DNA from: a virus
Lineage: Duplodnaviria; Heunggongvirae; Uroviricota; Caudoviricetes
Length of the DNA: 64,000 nt
Reading direction: 5' to 3' (one strand)
Virus record (IMG/VR): IMGVR_UViG_3300044678_002996
Coordinates: 17,301 to 81,300 of that record
This document shows, piece by piece, positions 27,655 to 37,114 of the stretch (within the stretch, counting starts at the first letter, position 1; each line of letters opens with the position of its first letter). The notes under the pieces were generated by a model, which had not been told where the DNA came from, did not search any database, and saw nothing but the letters and a program-made list of their open reading frames with translations. Made by a program: the position numbers and the translations under genes.

Positions 27655-28458
27655 ATGAAAAAATGTACAGAGTGTTTGGTTGAATTAGAGCTTTCAAGTT
27701 TCTCAAAATCAAAAAACGGAAAAATGGGATTGAGAGAGAAATGCAAGCGATGTTGTTCTTATCTAAGTAAGATATACAGAGAGAAAAACAAAGGCAAATT
27801 ATTGCAAAAAACTAAAGAGAAAAATGCGGCTCGTGCAAAAAATGGGTACTACACAAGTTATAGACAGAGCAATAGCAAAAAGCTAAAAGAATATAGGGGA
27901 AAATATTATCTAGAGAATAAGCAAAAAATTAACAAAATGACCGCTGCTTATTACGAAAATAATAGATTAAATATTCTTAAGCAAATGAAAGAATACAGAG
28001 ATTCAAATAAAGACTTAATTAAAAAGAGAAAGCGTAAGTACGCATTAGAAAATAGAGAAAAAATTAATGCGCGTGTACGGTCTAGAGAAAAACGTGGATT
28101 ATCCGCAAATACGAAATTACGCGGAGTATTGCGGGCACGAATACGCGTAGCATTAAAATCTTACAAAAAGTCAGAATCAACCAAGCGATTAATTGGATGT
28201 GACTTAGACTTTTATAGGAATTATCTCGAATCAAGATTTACTAAAGGTATGACTTGGGAAAAACATGGTAAAAATGGTTGGCATATTGATCATATAATTC
28301 CATGTTCAAAATTTGATTTATCTGATTTAGAACAAAGAAAACTGTGTTTTCATTATACCAATACAATTCCTAGATGGGCAACGACAGCTATAGCAATTGC
28401 TCATGGTGAGACACTGGAGTATATTGGCAATCTAGAAAAGAGTGATAAAATTATTTAA
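27655..28458 (+). CDS. HNH homing endonuclease (free-standing) with repeated basic KxYR modules
   Basis: HNH core GWHIDHIIPCSKF. N-terminal CxxC...CxRCC. Internal K/R-rich repeats. Opposite strand to its neighbours. Confidence 0.75.
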   Translation: MKKCTECLVELELSSFSKSKNGKMGLREKCKRCCSYLSKIYREKNKGKLLQKTKEKNAARAKNGYYTSYRQSNSKKLKEYRGKYYLENKQKINKMTAAYYENNRLNILKQMKEYRDSNKDLIKKRKRKYALENREKINARVRSREKRGLSANTKLRGVLRARIRVALKSYKKSESTKRLIGCDLDFYRNYLESRFTKGMTWEKHGKNGWHIDHIIPCSKFDLSDLEQRKLCFHYTNTIPRWATTAIAIAHGETLEYIGNLEKSDKII

Positions 28459-29194
28459 CCCATTTTTCATATGTTTGTAAGTCGCCAGATCTTTCTCTGA
28501 AATATTCTGGATATCTTGCAATTTGTCCGAGACCCTCTTGATGCTCGACAGCCATACCAGTTTCTACATAAAACATTGGAATATTATTAGCAGCGGCATA
28601 CTGACTCAATTGCCCATCTTCAGTGCCACTAATACCTTTAATAAGGTCTGGCTGAAATGAGAAGCTTTCAAAAATAGATTTTGGGCACAGCCTAGCAAAT
28701 CCACCGACATGGTGGACGTTTCTAAGCATATAATATTTATCGTTTGTTTGATCATAATAAACAGATCTGCTGTGTCCGGGCGGGCCTGCCATATTATTTA
28801 CTAAACCTAATGGTTGTGGGCTAAAAATTGCTGTAGGGTACGCCTTGTGTATTGACATTGCTCTCGTGAAAAAATCTCTAGTAACAATTTCACAATCATC
28901 ATCCATTTTGAATATGAGGCTGCCCTTACATTCTGGGAGGATTTTATTTAAGCCCGCCCCAATCCCTATGTTCTCAGGCCATTCATGAATATGTATAGTG
29001 TAATTTTTAACAATCCGTGCATATGACCTAATGTGTTCTAATGTCTCTGGGTATTTGCAACCTTGAAACACTATATGATGTTCAATATTCACTGGCGATG
29101 CGTGATGATACGAATTTTTAACAGCAGAAATTATACATTGGGCCAAGTATTCCTCTCGCCCGCCCAACGTGAATGTGACAATAGAGATATCCAT
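28451..29194 (-). CDS. putative glycosyltransferase-like protein (GT-A-like, low confidence)
   Basis: An MDDDC acidic motif. Sits in the sugar/methylation gene cluster. Confidence 0.35.
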   Translation of the reverse strand: MDISIVTFTLGGREEYLAQCIISAVKNSYHHASPVNIEHHIVFQGCKYPETLEHIRSYARIVKNYTIHIHEWPENIGIGAGLNKILPECKGSLIFKMDDDCEIVTRDFFTRAMSIHKAYPTAIFSPQPLGLVNNMAGPPGHSRSVYYDQTNDKYYMLRNVHHVGGFARLCPKSIFESFSFQPDLIKGISGTEDGQLSQYAAANNIPMFYVETGMAVEHQEGLGQIARYPEYFRERSGDLQTYEKWVK

Positions 29195-29379
29195 TAAGCT
29201 AAACTCACCTCTATAAAGGCAGATATCTGGTCAGCCTGTACCATTGTGCCGTTCGACTGTAATGTTATATCTCCTACAGCAATTTCATATTCTGTGTGGC
29301 TATTAATCCATTCGGTAATAGCCTCGGTGATTTCCTTTTGACTTAGTTCTAATTTCATAACTTACCTTTCTTTGAAAAA

Positions 29380-29461
29380 CTCGGGCTAGGGGGATTCGAA
29401 CCCCACATGGTATATATACCAGCATTTTATTGCCGCGTCTAACTTTCGCCATAGCCGAGGA
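29380..29461 (-). tRNA. degenerate tRNA-like element (canonical T-arm, imperfect acceptor, no clean anticodon arm)
   Basis: T-arm GGGGG-TTCGAAT-CCCCC. Acceptor halves pair with one mismatch. The central part does not fold into a standard anticodon arm. Confidence 0.4.
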
Positions 29462-29499
29462 GTACACTCCGCAAGAGCCAGAGTGACGTCGTGTTATTG

Positions 29500-29781
29500 T
29501 TATGCGAGTATTATCCCGCTCTCAGTGCGTTTTTCTTGAGGCTCTTCCTCTATAGGAGGAGGGCTAAATCCTTCGACCAGATCTGATAAATCAAGTGGGG
29601 CGTCTGGCCAGTCCATGATCTCTGTTTCTTCGTCGTCTCCGTAAAGCATCTGTTGAAGATCTCCATGAAGGTGAACAAGGCAGGAGTAGCATAATGAATG
29701 CTTCATATTGCCCACGATAATTTGGCTGTCTACAAGGTGATCACATTTTTTGGTGTCGCAGTAGCGTCTTTTGGCGGCCAT
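29500..29781 (-). CDS. hypothetical protein (Cys/His-containing)
   Basis: 93-aa ORF. Confidence 0.35.
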   Translation of the reverse strand: MAAKRRYCDTKKCDHLVDSQIIVGNMKHSLCYSCLVHLHGDLQQMLYGDDEETEIMDWPDAPLDLSDLVEGFSPPPIEEEPQEKRTESGIILA

Positions 29782-29784
29782 AAC

Positions 29785-30165
29785 TTAATCCCAATTCCAA
29801 CGATTTTCTTCGTGTAAAGGTTTATTGAGCGGTATAGAGTCAATATCTTGGTGCTTAATCGCTTGCTTTGTTTTGCGGCGATCTCTTTTAGCCTGATACT
29901 CTTTGAGTGGTTTCTTGAATACTGTTCTACCGGGAGAGTCAGAGGTGTAGGTTTTCGCCCACTTTATTAGCTCTCGGGGCGAGTATCTATCTAGATTGTA
30001 AAGTTCCGTCCGCCCCTTTTTCCCAGACCAGATAGTCTCATGTATTTCACTGTCTTTTGGGGAAGTAACCTTAAAGCTTTTCCATGTGTTAGACGGAACG
30101 ACAGTGAATCCCTGTTCTCTCAAAATTTGCACAGCTTCTTCAGTGTTCATTAGTCCACCATACAA
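29785..30165 (-). CDS. hypothetical basic protein
   Basis: 126-aa ORF. Confidence 0.4.
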   Translation of the reverse strand: MYGGLMNTEEAVQILREQGFTVVPSNTWKSFKVTSPKDSEIHETIWSGKKGRTELYNLDRYSPRELIKWAKTYTSDSPGRTVFKKPLKEYQAKRDRRKTKQAIKHQDIDSIPLNKPLHEENRWNWD

Positions 30166-30291
30166 GTTACTTTATCGCAATCAGAACAGTACTCTAAGAA
30201 CCCACCATTTTGTATTAGCATTTGCACTAATGCGTGTTCAGGGTGTTCGCACTTGCCCAACCTAATTATTTGCTTAAGTTGGGCACATTTC

Positions 30292-30579
30292 CTAGCTACC
30301 GATATCTGTTCTTCTTTGTGATTCATTTAATTTCTCCACTATTAGACATGTTATTATGTCCGCCAGTGAGCCAATTATTCCAATTGAGGCGGTTATTTCC
30401 GCCCCGCGTCTATCTGTAAAATAGAAGAATAATACAAAAGATGCAATTGCTAGGGCAAACATTATGCCTCTATAAACCCACGCTGCTACTGCGTTTACAT
30501 CATATTTGTAAATGTAGTAAGAGTGCGGCATATCTGAAGGCGGGGCCTGATACGGATTCTCTGTCATAGATCGCTCCAA
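30292..30579 (-). CDS. small membrane protein
   Basis: Two hydrophobic helices in 95 aa. Confidence 0.35.
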   Translation of the reverse strand: MERSMTENPYQAPPSDMPHSYYIYKYDVNAVAAWVYRGIMFALAIASFVLFFYFTDRRGAEITASIGIIGSLADIITCLIVEKLNESQRRTDIGS

Positions 30580-31250
30580 TTAACAAAAGGGCTCATAAAT
30601 GGCATATGACAATGAGTGGATGAAGCCACCATAGGTGTATAGAGTTTAATATTACGAAGAGCTAGGGCCCTAAACAGACCCCTATCATACAATCCATATT
30701 CATAAGCAACGTCGAACACTCGCTCATACAATTTAGATGTAATCGCCCACGTACATGTGGTGCTTTCTGCACTACGCCAGTATTTTTTCTTGCCCAGAAC
30801 GATTTTGGTCTTCTCATAGTCTACATCGTCATTCCTAGTATATCTATCAGGATGATCATAAAGACTTATGATTGAATCTTTAGTAAGGGAGAACCCCTCA
30901 AGTAAAGTTTCTAGGGCGTCATCTGTGTGGAGATAGTCGTCTTCTACAAAGTAGATGATGTCACTTTCTGGGGCACCTGCCGCGAAGAATAGACAGTACT
31001 CTAAAGATTGTAGGTTATTCTTGAAATCTATCTTTTCGATAGGTATATCAAGGAACTCCAAAGTCTGGTGCAAAAGTCCGCAAGGCCCATCGTGCACGGC
31101 GTTTATCTGTACTTCCACATCCTTAATAGGATTGTATCTAAATACATCAAGGAAGTTCCTAAGGCATCGCTCTTTGGAGAACTTGGGTGGGCGTACTGAT
31201 TTCTTGTGGTCTTCTTCGCAACATCTATAGACTACTTGGATTTTTGTCAT
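30564..31250 (-). CDS. hypothetical protein with DxD-like motif (possible GT-A glycosyltransferase)
   Basis: Motif YFVEDDYLHTDDAL. Confidence 0.35.
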   Translation of the reverse strand: MTKIQVVYRCCEEDHKKSVRPPKFSKERCLRNFLDVFRYNPIKDVEVQINAVHDGPCGLLHQTLEFLDIPIEKIDFKNNLQSLEYCLFFAAGAPESDIIYFVEDDYLHTDDALETLLEGFSLTKDSIISLYDHPDRYTRNDDVDYEKTKIVLGKKKYWRSAESTTCTWAITSKLYERVFDVAYEYGLYDRGLFRALALRNIKLYTPMVASSTHCHMPFMSPFVNWSDL

Positions 31251-31408
31251 CGAATGGATTCTCCGTCAGTTTTTTAGCTAAAGCCCACCTTTTACAACAT
31301 TCACAGTCTTCATTGAAGTCTTTACATTTTGGCCCGAACCATCTCTCTACAAAATATTTCACGTCTTTGGCCTGTTTCTTAAAGAGTTTGCTGAGTCTTT
31401 TATCTGTA

Positions 31409-31798
31409 CTAGGCTTCATTACCAAACTCTTTTAATAGTCTCTCAAGTACTGCAGCGACTTCAGCTAAGCACGCCTTATCATCTAAAAGGACGTTATAGA
31501 AAGGCTTGCTGGATGTGGGCGGGTGGTCTGGGTTTTTATTGACGCCCCACAGCCCTATTCCTTGGTCATTGCAGTAGTCAATAGCTTCACTTAGTACAAG
31601 GCCTTCGCGGCAAGTAAAAAGGATTACCTTTGCATTAAGATGTTTCTGGCATCTACGCACTAGGTCTCTGATGTATTCTAAATCATAACCTGAGTTTTTC
31701 CAATCGAAAATTGTGTCATCAAAGTCAAGGGCAATGATCAAGTTTTGGTGTTGCTCATACACACCGTACAATTTATTGAACAAATCTGGGAGCTTCAT
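31409..31798 (-). CDS. HAD-superfamily hydrolase (small)
   Basis: Motif I IIALDFDDTIF (DxDxT). Confidence 0.5.
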   Translation of the reverse strand: MKLPDLFNKLYGVYEQHQNLIIALDFDDTIFDWKNSGYDLEYIRDLVRRCQKHLNAKVILFTCREGLVLSEAIDYCNDQGIGLWGVNKNPDHPPTSSKPFYNVLLDDKACLAEVAAVLERLLKEFGNEA

Positions 31799-32121
31799 TT
31801 TACAACCTCAAATAATACGATGTAATTAAATATAAGGTGGACAGTGTTGTCTCTAACGATTCCTAATATCCACTTTTGGTAATCTTCACAACCCTTCAGT
31901 TGATAGTCTGATAGTTCTTTGACTATACCGCTATGGTCCACCAGAAGGTGCCCAAAGAATATTGCAAACAATTTCAGAGGATCTTGTGTCAATAGGGCGA
32001 ATGGAAGAGTGTAAGCAAGGCAGTGGCAGATGGCGGGTAATAAACTTTTGGTCTTATTTATGGCCATCCAGTTATTTTGGAGTAGGTAGTCGCCAATTAG
32101 GTGGCAGATTATTTGTTCCAT
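31795..32121 (-). CDS. hypothetical protein
   Basis: 108-aa ORF with 4-nt overlap coupling. Confidence 0.35.
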   Translation of the reverse strand: MEQIICHLIGDYLLQNNWMAINKTKSLLPAICHCLAYTLPFALLTQDPLKLFAIFFGHLLVDHSGIVKELSDYQLKGCEDYQKWILGIVRDNTVHLIFNYIVLFEVVK

Positions 32122-32378
32122 TTTGATGCATCCAAAATGTTAGAAACACCGTAGAAAACCAAAAGTACGGTATTTAGTACTGGGGGTAATGACAACACCA
32201 TGCAGGCAAATAATGATTCGCCCGTAGTCTTTTTGTTGACGATATCATTCATTATCATTACGTAGAATGATGCCACTAATGATATTAGATATACTAATAC
32301 CAATGTCTGGTGTACATTAAAGTTCATTGCGATAATCATACATTTTCCCATACTTTGATTTTGTTTTTGGGCGACCAC
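32109..32378 (-). CDS. small membrane protein
   Basis: 89 aa, two TM-like helices. Confidence 0.35.
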   Translation of the reverse strand: MVAQKQNQSMGKCMIIAMNFNVHQTLVLVYLISLVASFYVMIMNDIVNKKTTGESLFACMVLSLPPVLNTVLLVFYGVSNILDASKWNK

Positions 32379-32905
32379 ACGTTTGGATCTTCGTAGTCCG
32401 CGATAGGTGGCTTTCCCTCAAAATTTAAACTCATACAGCATTCCATCGTCACAAGATGGCGTACTGGGGCCTTGATATAAGGGAGTGTCTCGTTTACCTT
32501 GACGTGCGAATGTACCATTAATATGATACATGGTTTATCAAATTCCAAGAATGTGTCTTGAATTTTGAATCTTTTGGTAGTGAGGCGATCTATGTCCCAG
32601 TTTTTGTCCCGTAGTACTGGGTCTACTGAGTAACAATCCCATTTGGTACAGAAGGCACAAAGAGCGGCAGTTCTTGGCGAGAATCCATCGCCCACACACA
32701 CTACCGCTATATCATCTTTGTATTCCACAGGTAAGTTACTAATGGCATATAGTGCCCCAAAGCTTTCTGTGATTTCCTTCGCGTTTGGGAAAAGGCCCCG
32801 AATAAGCATGTCAGGGGCGGCTTTCATCCCCATAAACCTGTTGATATAACGTCCTTTGTATCGTGCGTTATTGCCATTTAGTTTACTCGTTTTGAAGTCC
32901 AGCAT
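32336..32905 (-). CDS. hypothetical protein
   Basis: 189-aa ORF. Confidence 0.4.
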   Translation of the reverse strand: MLDFKTSKLNGNNARYKGRYINRFMGMKAAPDMLIRGLFPNAKEITESFGALYAISNLPVEYKDDIAVVCVGDGFSPRTAALCAFCTKWDCYSVDPVLRDKNWDIDRLTTKRFKIQDTFLEFDKPCIILMVHSHVKVNETLPYIKAPVRHLVTMECCMSLNFEGKPPIADYEDPNVWSPKNKIKVWENV

Positions 32906-33545
32906 TTAAGAACCTTTTCCCTGCGGTATTGTAGAAGCTATGGAAGGCGAAACTTTTGTAAGTGGACAAATCGTCGTAATCGTGTGGGCACTCTGGTATG
33001 GAGTGTTCCACACAGAATTCTCGGGCTAACATGACTGGAGCGAACTTTATACCCACTTCAGACATCCAATGGTAACAATATACACAAGCGTAAAAATCTT
33101 CAGCGTCAAGATCTTTGATGCCAGTTTTGCTGTAAGGCAACATCGCTGTGGCCTCTAAAAATTTACGACTACGCAAAGAGACCCCACCGTTACCCACTCT
33201 GTTAACCCATTGGTTGGGCCAAGGAGCCCCAGCGTAATCGTATTTAAGCAAATCGCTATTCCACATCGCCCCGTTGATTATACAAGAATCATACTGAATT
33301 GTCATTACGTAGTCATGTTCAACATACTTACGTAATTCTTGTAGCATAAACTTAGAATAATCTTGGTAGTCGAATTCAGCAACTACTGTGGTGAACTCAT
33401 GCTGGACATCGTCGGCTACTTTTTGCGGACAAATGATCTTAACATCAGAGAGACCCCACATACTGCGGATCGATTTCCTAATCGCAAGTAATGTCCCTTC
33501 CATAAATTCCGTGTCGGCTACGACAGCTACTAATTCAATCTTCAT
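32883..33545 (-). CDS. hypothetical protein
   Basis: 220-aa ORF. Confidence 0.4.
   Translation of the reverse strand: MKIELVAVVADTEFMEGTLLAIRKSIRSMWGLSDVKIICPQKVADDVQHEFTTVVAEFDYQDYSKFMLQELRKYVEHDYVMTIQYDSCIINGAMWNSDLLKYDYAGAPWPNQWVNRVGNGGVSLRSRKFLEATAMLPYSKTGIKDLDAEDFYACVYCYHWMSEVGIKFAPVMLAREFCVEHSIPECPHDYDDLSTYKSFAFHSFYNTAGKRFLNAGLQNE
33419..33436 (-). repeat. co-oriented motif copy TTTTTGCGGACAAATG
   Basis: Inside the gene 32883..33545. Confidence 0.4.
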
Positions 33546-34470
33546 TTTCTTTTAGAGCCTCTTCTGTTAATCTGAGGGAATTCTCAAGAAGGTGCTTGAT
33601 AGCGTCATATTCGTTGTGCTGCGGCCCACTAAATACTGGAGCGTAGTATCTATTTACCTGATACATATAGGAGTCAAGTAGTTCGATATCAACATTCGCC
33701 CCGTGCATTTTTTCTGGAAGAGGAGTTTCTGGGGGGAATTCTATCCCGCCCAATCCGAGCATCGCCATTGACGCCGTCAACTCATACTTTTTCTTAAGAA
33801 TTAAATCATAACTTGTTCCAACTTCAGTAGACATAACGGTCTCTGTTATTTCCGGAACGTCGATCCACTCTAAAAGGTCTTTGGTTTTGTAGAATCCATG
33901 ACCTTCATTTTTACTGTGCAGCCATTCCCCATCAGAAGCTATAAGCTTATCACTGCCCACAATAGAGTAGATGAGATTATATCTCTCCTTGTTTTTGTTG
34001 AGTGTTTGCTCAAGCTTAAAGAATTGAGGGAACTTATCTAACACCCAATGCTGGCACATGTAGTTGTAGGCGGAATTTTGTTTCCGCGAAAACTCTATTG
34101 CAGGCTTAACAATATCTGCCAGAAAGAAAGTGATATAGATTCCATCTGATGGCTCGTCCATCCAGTCGGTTCCAACCCACTCGTGAAACGCTTCTTCCGT
34201 AGGCTCTATTTTGAGGACCTCTTTGCAAGTCCAAATGAACCCCTCGTCTATAGTGATATCTTCTATGTTTCCATAGGTGTCACAGCTTCCGTAGATGATA
34301 GGCGATGCGGGCTTGAAAAGTACCCTTTCCCCCTCATTTGATCCCATGAAGTTTTTCTCAAATGGGAATCTCTTTTTAACGTATTCATCTGGCTTTAAAA
34401 GCATAATGCCTACCTTTTGTGAGTAGATAGGCATATTACTTAAACAACAGCTAATAGAGAAACATCCCAT
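33535..34470 (-). CDS. hypothetical protein
   Basis: 311-aa ORF. Confidence 0.45.
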   Translation of the reverse strand: MGCFSISCCLSNMPIYSQKVGIMLLKPDEYVKKRFPFEKNFMGSNEGERVLFKPASPIIYGSCDTYGNIEDITIDEGFIWTCKEVLKIEPTEEAFHEWVGTDWMDEPSDGIYITFFLADIVKPAIEFSRKQNSAYNYMCQHWVLDKFPQFFKLEQTLNKNKERYNLIYSIVGSDKLIASDGEWLHSKNEGHGFYKTKDLLEWIDVPEITETVMSTEVGTSYDLILKKKYELTASMAMLGLGGIEFPPETPLPEKMHGANVDIELLDSYMYQVNRYYAPVFSGPQHNEYDAIKHLLENSLRLTEEALKENED

Positions 34471-35399
34471 TAGTCGACACCTTCTTCTGAGTAGCTTTGG
34501 ACAGCGGTGTTCTCAATCGCCCACCAGTACCCGCTAAGGTACAAATCATCATGTTGATTATGATTAACAGCGCCATCAACAAACAGAGGGATTGGTTTAC
34601 CCCCGTTGATATTTAGACTATCTGCAATTTCATACATCACATTACAAGCTACAACATGAGTATTTGATGACTCATTATCGTTTCTACCTCGCAGGTAATG
34701 GATGACAATGTCATCTTGATACAAGTTATTCACGGTCAATTTCTTGACACCCGCATAATCTTCAATTTTACCGTCCAATTTGACGAAGAACCACTCACCT
34801 TGTCGGCGAATATTTTCTTTTGGAGTCTTGCGAATATGGGCGGGCATCAATGAGGTATAAGCGTTTTCGATTGTGAAAACCGGCTCACTCAATTGGCACC
34901 CAAAGTATTGATCTTCATCAACACCCATGATGATGTATTTACGTACGTCACCAATAGTTAAGGTGAGTAACACATTTGGTGACCGATGCCATGTATTACG
35001 CCCAATAAACACAAAACCCGGCCCCGGCTTTTTAGTTTTTGGGCCAGATATTCTTTCTTCTGGATGGAACTCAGCCACGCGACAACCCTTTAGGGCAGTC
35101 ACAATATCATCTTTGGTAGGCTCTCGTTCAGCCCCGAGAAATCTCGCTAGACATCTGAAGCTTATTGTGAGAAGGCTAAATCCATCTGATCCATATTCAT
35201 CACTAGGGATTACAGCCCCGCCATCGTCGCCGTTCACCAAAACCAGATCGTCGCCAGCCAAATATGCTATTGGGACCATCTTAGCAACGTCGACAACACC
35301 CTTTTCGTGGTGATGATACAAAATATTTTCAAACAATTTCCTTGAACCATATCGTGGTGAGATTACTTCTTCGTTGAAAAAACCTACTGGTCCGTACAT
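34470..35399 (-). CDS. hypothetical protein
   Basis: 309-aa ORF. Confidence 0.45.
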   Translation of the reverse strand: MYGPVGFFNEEVISPRYGSRKLFENILYHHHEKGVVDVAKMVPIAYLAGDDLVLVNGDDGGAVIPSDEYGSDGFSLLTISFRCLARFLGAEREPTKDDIVTALKGCRVAEFHPEERISGPKTKKPGPGFVFIGRNTWHRSPNVLLTLTIGDVRKYIIMGVDEDQYFGCQLSEPVFTIENAYTSLMPAHIRKTPKENIRRQGEWFFVKLDGKIEDYAGVKKLTVNNLYQDDIVIHYLRGRNDNESSNTHVVACNVMYEIADSLNINGGKPIPLFVDGAVNHNQHDDLYLSGYWWAIENTAVQSYSEEGVD

Positions 35400-35408
35400 A
35401 TTAGTTCC

Positions 35409-36713
35409 TTAAGATAAATCTTCGGGGTCAACAAATCCAACCTGCTCTTGGGCCAGACCGGCCAAAAGCTTATAGTCATACGACTTATTCTTGAATACAG
35501 TCCAGTGGGCGCCGTTTGCCCGGACACATACGCCTTCACGAATATGGCGGAAGCACACAGTAGAAGGGCCATCAGATAAGAATCTTACACGGGTGACCAA
35601 TTTCTCTAGGTCACCATCATATTTGAATCGCTCAATTACTGGGCAATACTTAATACCGTGGGCCGCACACCACGCTGTGATGTCATCCCAAGGGAGGTCT
35701 ACTTCGGAACCGTCATCCAGCACGTAGGAAATGCGATATACATAAACATCGAATTCCCCAGATGGTATGCCGTAGGTGTAGACCATTGATTCACCGTATT
35801 GCTTACGGAGATCCTTATCAGTAACCTTTTGGCGAGGAGCGATTGTCTTCTGGTCCTCATATCCCACAACCTCGAAGTAAACCTGCATTTGAGGCTTGAG
35901 GTATGGGGTTATGCGATCAGCCACTTTCTTTCTCCAAGATTCGGAGAAATATCCGCCCGACGATTTATCAGTCAGGATAGTGCGTCGCGTACCGTTATAT
36001 TTTCGGAGAACACGATTATCAATCTTAAAGAAGCGAGACAGAAGTTTCTCGATAATAGTTAGTGGGCGGAGTTCGTAGCCCCACGCTACTCGTTGTGAGG
36101 TTCCTTCCATCTTCTCTGTTATGACAATGTCGTCTCCGACTTTGAACTTATGGGCATTCTTTAAGAAGTGATTAGTATCCTTATGCTCTGGAAAGATATG
36201 GACAGGTTTGTCTTTCCCAAAGAATCGGATCTTCAGCTTTTCTAAAAAGCCTTTTGGCTTCTTTCGTGACTCTCGTTGTTTAGCCCGAAGTTGTTCGGGC
36301 GATTCGTACTTACAACAGATTGGTATATCCTGTATTGTATCTACGTAATCGCCCTCTGACAACTTGGATATGTCCACCCCAGCTTTTTCCAGATAAGAAA
36401 GAGGTGCCCAAAAACCATAGCTCTTAATGCCCTGAAATGTTTGGGCCCGCACCTTGCGATTCGCATCAAACATCCCGCCCAGATTCTTGCCAGTTTCCGG
36501 GCATTTGCGACGGATTAAGTCGTTTGCCAGACATAACTCTGGCGAAAGCTGTAAGTCGCAAGAGAAGTAAATGCCCAATGTATTATCTAGGCACGACTTG
36601 CTCACAATTACTGTCTCCCCACATACTTCCCCAACAGCCAGAGAATGTACCTCTGGGTTAGGGTGTGGTGTTACTTTTACTCGGGCAATTATTCCGCTAT
36701 GGTTTTCAGACAT
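35409..36713 (-). CDS. ATP-dependent RNA/DNA ligase-family nucleotidyltransferase (Rnl2-like core with N-terminal extension)
   Basis: Motif I ITEKMEGTS (compare Rnl2 KIHGTN). Motif IV-like EGVCVRA. Motif V-like FKNKSYDYK. Confidence 0.45.
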   Translation of the reverse strand: MSENHSGIIARVKVTPHPNPEVHSLAVGEVCGETVIVSKSCLDNTLGIYFSCDLQLSPELCLANDLIRRKCPETGKNLGGMFDANRKVRAQTFQGIKSYGFWAPLSYLEKAGVDISKLSEGDYVDTIQDIPICCKYESPEQLRAKQRESRKKPKGFLEKLKIRFFGKDKPVHIFPEHKDTNHFLKNAHKFKVGDDIVITEKMEGTSQRVAWGYELRPLTIIEKLLSRFFKIDNRVLRKYNGTRRTILTDKSSGGYFSESWRKKVADRITPYLKPQMQVYFEVVGYEDQKTIAPRQKVTDKDLRKQYGESMVYTYGIPSGEFDVYVYRISYVLDDGSEVDLPWDDITAWCAAHGIKYCPVIERFKYDGDLEKLVTRVRFLSDGPSTVCFRHIREGVCVRANGAHWTVFKNKSYDYKLLAGLAQEQVGFVDPEDLS

Positions 36714-36721
36714 TTTAATCC

Positions 36722-37108
36722 TTACTCAGATAAAGCTGCAAGTTCTTTCATCAAATCATCAACACTCTTGCCCTGAAGTTCTTCGTCTTTCTTGCGATCG
36801 ATGAGTTCAAGGATCTTATTACGCTTCTGACGCTTTTCGGCTGCCTCTGTGGCCAAACGAGCTTCTTCTTGTTTAACATTGATAATGTGTACAAGAACTT
36901 CCAACGTAAGAGTTAGGGTCTTATCAGGCCCGCTCTTAGGTTTTAGGAAACTGTTGGCGGCAGTCTTAGTGACCTGCTCTTGTACGCCTACGGCGATTTC
37001 GTCCAGATCCTTCAGTTTCAGATCCCACAGATCTTCTGCTGTGACTAGGCCATTCTTCGCCCGAAAACGTAACTTCTGTCGACTTGCTTGTTCAAAAATT
37101 GACATCAT
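36722..37108 (-). CDS. hypothetical coiled-coil protein
   Basis: 128 aa, K/E-rich. Confidence 0.4.
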   Translation of the reverse strand: MMSIFEQASRQKLRFRAKNGLVTAEDLWDLKLKDLDEIAVGVQEQVTKTAANSFLKPKSGPDKTLTLTLEVLVHIINVKQEEARLATEAAEKRQKRNKILELIDRKKDEELQGKSVDDLMKELAALSE

Positions 37109-37114
37109 AATTCC

